The position numbers and the translations under genes are program-made. The notes below the pieces were generated by a model. The model saw only the letters and a program-made list of their open reading frames with translations, had not been told where the DNA came from and ran no database searches. DNA of 20,693 nt from Promethearchaeota archaeon (GTDB lineage: Archaea; Asgardarchaeota; Hermodarchaeia; Hermodarchaeales; Hermodarchaeaceae), in assembly GCA_048939245.1 (NCBI GenBank), contig JBHLPR010000011.1:34518-55210 (forward strand), in the 5' to 3' direction. Positions 16,308-20,693 of this stretch are shown here, piece after piece (positions within the stretch are counted from its first letter, which is position 1; the number at the start of each line of letters is the position of its first letter).

Positions 16308-17756
16308 ATGAAGGAAAAATTAGTGCAACAAGATGAATTTCGTTGGTGGCTAGATAAATCAGCACGACCACGGATGAAAGTTGGTGCAAAAATCATCGGA
16401 TCGAAAAAAATCATTAACACCTTAGAAGATGCAGCGATTGAGCAGCTAACCAACGTCGCAACCCTTCCAGGGGCTGTCGAACCTGTTCTTGCAATGCCTG
16501 ATGCCCATTGGGGTTATGGACTTCCTATGGGTGCAGTAGGTGCTTTTGATGCAGAAGAAGGAATTATCTCAGCAGGATGTACAGGGTTCGATATTAATTG
16601 TGGAGTTCGATTAATTCGCACCAATCTTGGACATGAGGAGGTAAAAGCCAAGTTAAGCGAATTGATTGATGAACTATTCAGACGTGTTCCAGCAGGTGTT
16701 GGTTCCAAGGGTAAGCTTCGATTGAGCGATAGCCAATTCACTGATGTTATTCGATTGGGTGCACGATGGGCTGTAGAAAATGACCGGGGCGTAAAGGCAG
16801 ATTTAACCCACTGCGAAGAAGGGGGTGGAATGGAAGGAGCAGCGACTACTACCCCACGGATATCAGAGAAAGCAAGACGCCGTGGACTACCTCAACTTGG
16901 TACTTTGGGAGCAGGAAATCATTATCTTGAAGTGCAAAAAGTAGAGAAAATTTTCGAGGAGAGTACGGCTAAAGCCTTTGGTCTGGAAAAAGACAAAGTA
17001 GTTGTTATGTTACACTGCGGTTCACGTGGATTTGGCCATCAAGTTGCTACGGATTACTTAGAAAGGATGGAAGTCGCAGTGAAAAAATACAACATTTGGC
17101 TACCAGACCGACAGCTTGTTTGCGCCCCAGCAACATCTCAAGAGGGGCAAGATTATTACGCCGCAATGAAAGCGGCAGTGAATTTTGCGTTCTGTAACCG
17201 TCAGGTAATGACGCATTGGATTCGCCAAGGCTTTGAAGCCGTGTTTGCTAGAGATTGGGAATCAATGGGTTTGAACCTGGTTTACGACGTGACTCATAAT
17301 ATCTGTAAGTTTGAGACTCATGAATTGAATGGGTCAAAACGAGATCTATATGTTCACCGTAAGGGTGCAACCCGTTCTTTTGGACCAGGACATCTGAAAA
17401 TTCCGGAGGTTTATCGATCCGTAGGCCAACCCGTTCTAATTGGTGGTTCAATGGGTACTGCCTCATATGTGTTAGTTGGGACCAAACAGGCGATGAAAGA
17501 AACATTTGGCTCTACTTGTCATGGAGCAGGACGGGCAATGTCTCGAAAAGCGGCTATCCGCAAATATCATGGTCGTGATATTAAACACGCCCTAGAATCT
17601 AAGGGAGAAGTAATCCGTTCCGTGGGCACCAAGATTCTAGCAGAAGAAGCCCCTAATGCGTATAAGGATGTTCATGTTGTAGTTGACTCGGTTCATGGCG
17701 CAGATATTTCCCGTAAAGTAGCCAGCCAAATCCCATTGGGTGTCGTGAAAGGCTAG
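16308..17756 (+). CDS. rtcB: RtcB tRNA-splicing / RNA ligase
   Basis: MPDAHWGYG, DINCGVR, GTLGAGNHYLE, HCGSRGFGH, HN, HRKGAT, CHGAGR, EEAP.AYKD. 482 aa with no intein. Confidence 0.97.
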   Translation: MKEKLVQQDEFRWWLDKSARPRMKVGAKIIGSKKIINTLEDAAIEQLTNVATLPGAVEPVLAMPDAHWGYGLPMGAVGAFDAEEGIISAGCTGFDINCGVRLIRTNLGHEEVKAKLSELIDELFRRVPAGVGSKGKLRLSDSQFTDVIRLGARWAVENDRGVKADLTHCEEGGGMEGAATTTPRISEKARRRGLPQLGTLGAGNHYLEVQKVEKIFEESTAKAFGLEKDKVVVMLHCGSRGFGHQVATDYLERMEVAVKKYNIWLPDRQLVCAPATSQEGQDYYAAMKAAVNFAFCNRQVMTHWIRQGFEAVFARDWESMGLNLVYDVTHNICKFETHELNGSKRDLYVHRKGATRSFGPGHLKIPEVYRSVGQPVLIGGSMGTASYVLVGTKQAMKETFGSTCHGAGRAMSRKAAIRKYHGRDIKHALESKGEVIRSVGTKILAEEAPNAYKDVHVVVDSVHGADISRKVASQIPLGVVKG

Positions 17757-17771
17757 GTTTGGTATTTAAGA

Positions 17772-18659
17772 ATGTCAAATAGTGAGGTGGGTCAGAGTCC
17801 TCTTTCTCTGTCAATTGCATTACCCACATCCTTCATTGATGTCTCTCCAAATAAGGCTCAGAAAACCCAGCAGGTTGGGCGAATCGCCCGTGCCCTAGCC
17901 ATCTTTCGAGTAGACGAGATTATTCTCTATCAAGATAAACACAATAAGAAACAAAAAAGAAACCTAGAACTCATTTCTAACATACTTGAGTATATGGAAA
18001 CACCCCAATATCTTCGAAAACATATCTTTGGAAAGAGACCGACCCTCCAATATGTAGGGTTACTTCCTCCACTACGCACACCACATCATCCACTTGTGAA
18101 AAACTCTGCAGATATTAGGAATGGTGAAATTCGAGAGGGCGTATCTTATGAAATTAAAGGAAAAGCGGTAGTTGATGTCGGTGTCGAATACCCCCTGCCC
18201 CTTTTACAGGCTAAATCGAAGCTTAACCCACAACGTATTACGGTTGAAATCAGACGAAATGAGAAAGGGAAATTGATCGCCCGTCCCGCTATTACGTCTC
18301 GATCAGGTAGATATTGGGGTTATACTGTTTCGCGTTTAGAGTCGTCCCTTGGAACGTTTTTAAGCAGACCTAGGGGTTATGGGTTTATCATTGCAACGAG
18401 TCGTAAGGGAATTCCGCTGGAAGAGAAAACTGAGGTTATTCGAACTCAATGGCAAAAATTTGGGAAGCTGCTACTTCTTTTTGGTAGTTATAAAGAGGGA
18501 GTAAAGGAGATTCTTCAACGAGAAAGTGTCGACCTTGCTACGGTTGTTGATTATTCAATTAATTTGGTGTGTAACCAAGGTACTGCCACCATTCGAACAG
18601 AAGAAGCTGTGTTAGTTGGGCTTTCTGCATTTCGATTACTAGAGTGCAAAACGAGCTAG
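17772..18659 (+). CDS. SPOUT RNA methyltransferase, DUF171 / SPOUT1 (C9orf114)-like
   Basis: LSIALP.S, GRIARALAIFRVDEI, YMETPQYLRK, GLLPPLRTPHH, YWGY.V, ATSRKG, NQGTATIRTEEA. Confidence 0.92.
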   Translation: MSNSEVGQSPLSLSIALPTSFIDVSPNKAQKTQQVGRIARALAIFRVDEIILYQDKHNKKQKRNLELISNILEYMETPQYLRKHIFGKRPTLQYVGLLPPLRTPHHPLVKNSADIRNGEIREGVSYEIKGKAVVDVGVEYPLPLLQAKSKLNPQRITVEIRRNEKGKLIARPAITSRSGRYWGYTVSRLESSLGTFLSRPRGYGFIIATSRKGIPLEEKTEVIRTQWQKFGKLLLLFGSYKEGVKEILQRESVDLATVVDYSINLVCNQGTATIRTEEAVLVGLSAFRLLECKTS

Positions 18660-18685
18660 CACGGCACTTTTGTTGTCTATTCTAG

Positions 18686-19237
18686 CTAACCAGGGATTTC
18701 CCCTTTTGCGATTAAAAGTTCATATGAACTTCTACCTTGGAAATATCCTTCTTGTGTGACTAGAATTGTGATTTTGTGATAGCCTGAAGAGATTTCTGGG
18801 ATGCGAAGATGTAATTCGGTGGGGCTAGATTCTAATTTTTGGGTTGAAATGTTGAGGTTACCAAGAAATGCTTCCAAAATAGCACCCTTAGGAAGTTCAT
18901 TTCTTGGAAAACCTACAGCAACTGTGAGTTGTAGGTTTTCACCAGGTTCTGCTGCCTCGAGTTCGGGGGCAAGAACTTTTACTTCAATTCTGTGGCTCCA
19001 GTATACGTAACTGGCGGGCAGGAGAAAAAGTAGTAACAATATGAGATAAACCAATATGCCTTGTAAAACAGCAATAGAAAGGTCATCAAGGGTGATTATT
19101 GTTGGGGTAATAAAGGGTAACAGGATGATTGCCACTGCGATATAGACAATTAGGCTGCCAAAAAGGACGATTGTCAATGTGGAGCGAGGATTACGATCGA
19201 TCACAACAAAGAGGAGGAATCTTGTGCTAAATAGCAT
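18686..19237 (-). CDS. Hypothetical membrane protein: two TM helices plus a C-terminal beta-rich (Ig-like?) domain
   Basis: 183-aa ORF filling the gap between rps10 and the SPOUT gene. Two long hydrophobic stretches, then an alternating beta-strand pattern (PGENLQLTVAV...GYHKITILV). Start is uncertain (GTG 19204 possible). Confidence 0.65.
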   Translation of the reverse strand: MLFSTRFLLFVVIDRNPRSTLTIVLFGSLIVYIAVAIILLPFITPTIITLDDLSIAVLQGILVYLILLLLFLLPASYVYWSHRIEVKVLAPELEAAEPGENLQLTVAVGFPRNELPKGAILEAFLGNLNISTQKLESSPTELHLRIPEISSGYHKITILVTQEGYFQGRSSYELLIAKGEIPG

Positions 19238-19254
19238 TTCGTTTTAGGATGATA

Positions 19255-19292
19255 AAAGGGGGTAAAAATTCCACCTCATTTGTCGAGGAATT
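19255..19292 (-). terminator. Putative rps10 terminator: imperfect hairpin plus U tracts
   Basis: On the - strand AAUUCC...GGAAUU, followed by UUUACCCCCUUUU. Confidence 0.4.
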
Positions 19293-19317
19293 ACTAACCA
19301 TATAGAGAGGTGTAGTT

Positions 19318-19626
19318 CTATTTGAGGGTGATTTCAATGAATACCTCATCAGGAACCCGGATTCGCATAATTTGGCGCATGGTGCGCTCGTCAGCTTCTA
19401 AATCGATCAAGCGTTTATGGATACGCATCTGCCAATGGTCCCAGGTTGGGGTTCCTTCGCCACAGGGTGATTTGCGTGTATGGACCTTGAGAGTTTTTGT
19501 AGGCAACGGAATAGGACCTGACATATGAACTCCCGTCCGGGATACTATGGATTGGACTTGGCTACAGACTTCGTTTAGCTTGGGAATATCTGTACTTGAT
19601 AGTCGAATCCGTGCTTTTTGAGCCAT
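19318..19626 (-). CDS. rps10: 30S ribosomal protein uS10
   Basis: [41 protein letters not shown]. Downstream of EF-1alpha. Confidence 0.98.
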   Translation of the reverse strand: MAQKARIRLSSTDIPKLNEVCSQVQSIVSRTGVHMSGPIPLPTKTLKVHTRKSPCGEGTPTWDHWQMRIHKRLIDLEADERTMRQIMRIRVPDEVFIEITLK

Positions 19627-19731
19627 TAATATTACACCAAATTGGCTTTGGGAATCAACTCGAATGTTTGCTTCCTTTTAACTGTTTTTGCATACCCAAA
19701 GCGTATCCACTTTGTAAAAATTCCACTCGAT

Positions 19732-19780
19732 GAAAAAGAGAAAGGGGGGAGAAGGATAAGGATAGCAAATTGCTACTATC
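19732..19780 (-). terminator. Putative EF-1alpha terminator: hairpin plus pyrimidine tract
   Basis: On the - strand GAUAGUA-GCAAUU-UGCUAUC lies right after the stop, then about 30 nt of C/U ending in UUUUU. Confidence 0.55.
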
Positions 19781-19781
19781 T

Positions 19782-20693
19782 CTACTTCTTCTCCTCGGTG
19801 ATTTTTCGAACAATGCCTACAGCGACTGTTCGTCCACTATCTCGAATAGCAAATCGTCCTAGCTGTTTCATATCAGCATAGGTTTCTAGACAAACGGGTG
19901 TAACAGGTCGGAGTTTAACTAGCGCAGAATCACCCTGCTTAATGAAGTCGGGTTTCTCCTGCACGGTTTCTCCAGTTCGTGGATCAATCTTCGCCAAGAT
20001 TTCCGTGAAAGTGGTGGCCACCTGAGCAGTATGTGCATGCATAACAGGTGTGTATCCGGCGGCAAGTGCACGTGGGTGGTAAATGACAATTATTTGCCCC
20101 TCAAATTCTGCTACAACGCGGGGAGGTTTATCAAGGGGACCCATCACGTCGCCACGACGAATTTCACCTTTACCAATTCCTCGGACATTAAACCCGATAT
20201 TATCACCTGGCTCAGCTGAGTCCATCCGTTCATGGTGCATTTCAATTGTTTTGATTTCACCCTGTTTGTTAGGAGGCATGAAAATGACTTTGTCACCAAT
20301 TTTCATTTTTCCAGTTTCAACACGGCCCACGGGAACTGTGCCAACACCAGTAATGGTATAGACGTCCTGCACAGGAACCCGAAGTGGTTTATCAACCGGC
20401 TTGGGTGGAAGAATAAATTCATCGAGTGCACTAAGTAGTGGCGGTCCTTTGTACCAATCCATGTTAGAACTGGCTTCTGTTAACAGATCACCAGTCCATG
20501 CGGATACAGGAACGAAGTTTACTTTGCTGGTGTCAAATTGTGCACCTTTCAACAGTTCAGATACCTCAGCCTTGATCTCTTCGTATCGATCTTGAGACCA
20601 TTTAGGCGTAGAGTCGTCCATTTTGTTGATGGCAACGACAAGCTGCTCGATGCCCAGAGTTCGTGCGAGGAAAGCGTGCTCGCGCGTCTGACC
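19782..20693 (-). CDS. tuf: Translation elongation factor EF-1alpha (5' part outside the window)
   Basis: Frame is open to the window end: GQTREHAFLARTLG...INKMD, KPLRVPVQDVYTITGVGTVPVGRVETG, EMHH....AEPGDNIGFNV, LGRFAIRD. Confidence 0.98.
   Translation of the reverse strand, partial: GQTREHAFLARTLGIEQLVVAINKMDDSTPKWSQDRYEEIKAEVSELLKGAQFDTSKVNFVPVSAWTGDLLTEASSNMDWYKGPPLLSALDEFILPPKPVDKPLRVPVQDVYTITGVGTVPVGRVETGKMKIGDKVIFMPPNKQGEIKTIEMHHERMDSAEPGDNIGFNVRGIGKGEIRRGDVMGPLDKPPRVVAEFEGQIIVIYHPRALAAGYTPVMHAHTAQVATTFTEILAKIDPRTGETVQEKPDFIKQGDSALVKLRPVTPVCLETYADMKQLGRFAIRDSGRTVAVGIVRKITEEKK

Noticed and set aside
16308-17756. Intein in RtcB
   Set aside because: 482 aa equals the normal mature length, and the DINCGVR region is uninterrupted.
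17760-17771. 12-mer TGGTATTTAAGA shared with 9326-9337, as a possible antisense promoter into rtcB
   Set aside because: An AT-rich match in a 15-nt spacer with no BRE or other support; probably chance.

Overview
Archaeal chromosomal window of mostly housekeeping genes. The uS10 RKSPCGEG motif, GGAGG/GGTGA ribosome-binding sites and gene order look TACK/Asgard-like; the taxon is an inference. From left to right: (1) a + strand five-gene MoxR cluster: 5'-truncated Ig-repeat surface protein with a DUF4129-like tail, DUF4350-like protein, MoxR AAA+ ATPase, DUF58/vWA protein and an unassigned polytopic membrane protein. (2) On the - strand, a QueD/PTPS-family enzyme, a thermosome subunit and an ECF-type S component. 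(3) Split glycine decarboxylase gcvPA/gcvPB (+). (4) rpl3-rpl4-rpl23-rpl2 (-), preceded by about 400 nt of structured non-coding DNA. (5) A + strand block of intron-containing tRNA-Ser(UGA), archease, RtcB and a DUF171 SPOUT methyltransferase. (6) A small membrane protein, rps10 and 5'-truncated EF-1alpha (-). I saw no mobile elements, CRISPR arrays or rRNA. The most notable observations are the hairpin-rich rpl3 leader and candidate ncRNA, an apparent inversion of the tRNA-Ser...SPOUT block bounded by a repeated 13-14 bp motif, an intron tRNA next to its own ligase genes, a CExLHGH (PTPS-I/III-type) enzyme, and the extra membrane gene in the MoxR cluster. All RNA structures were paired by eye, not computed.
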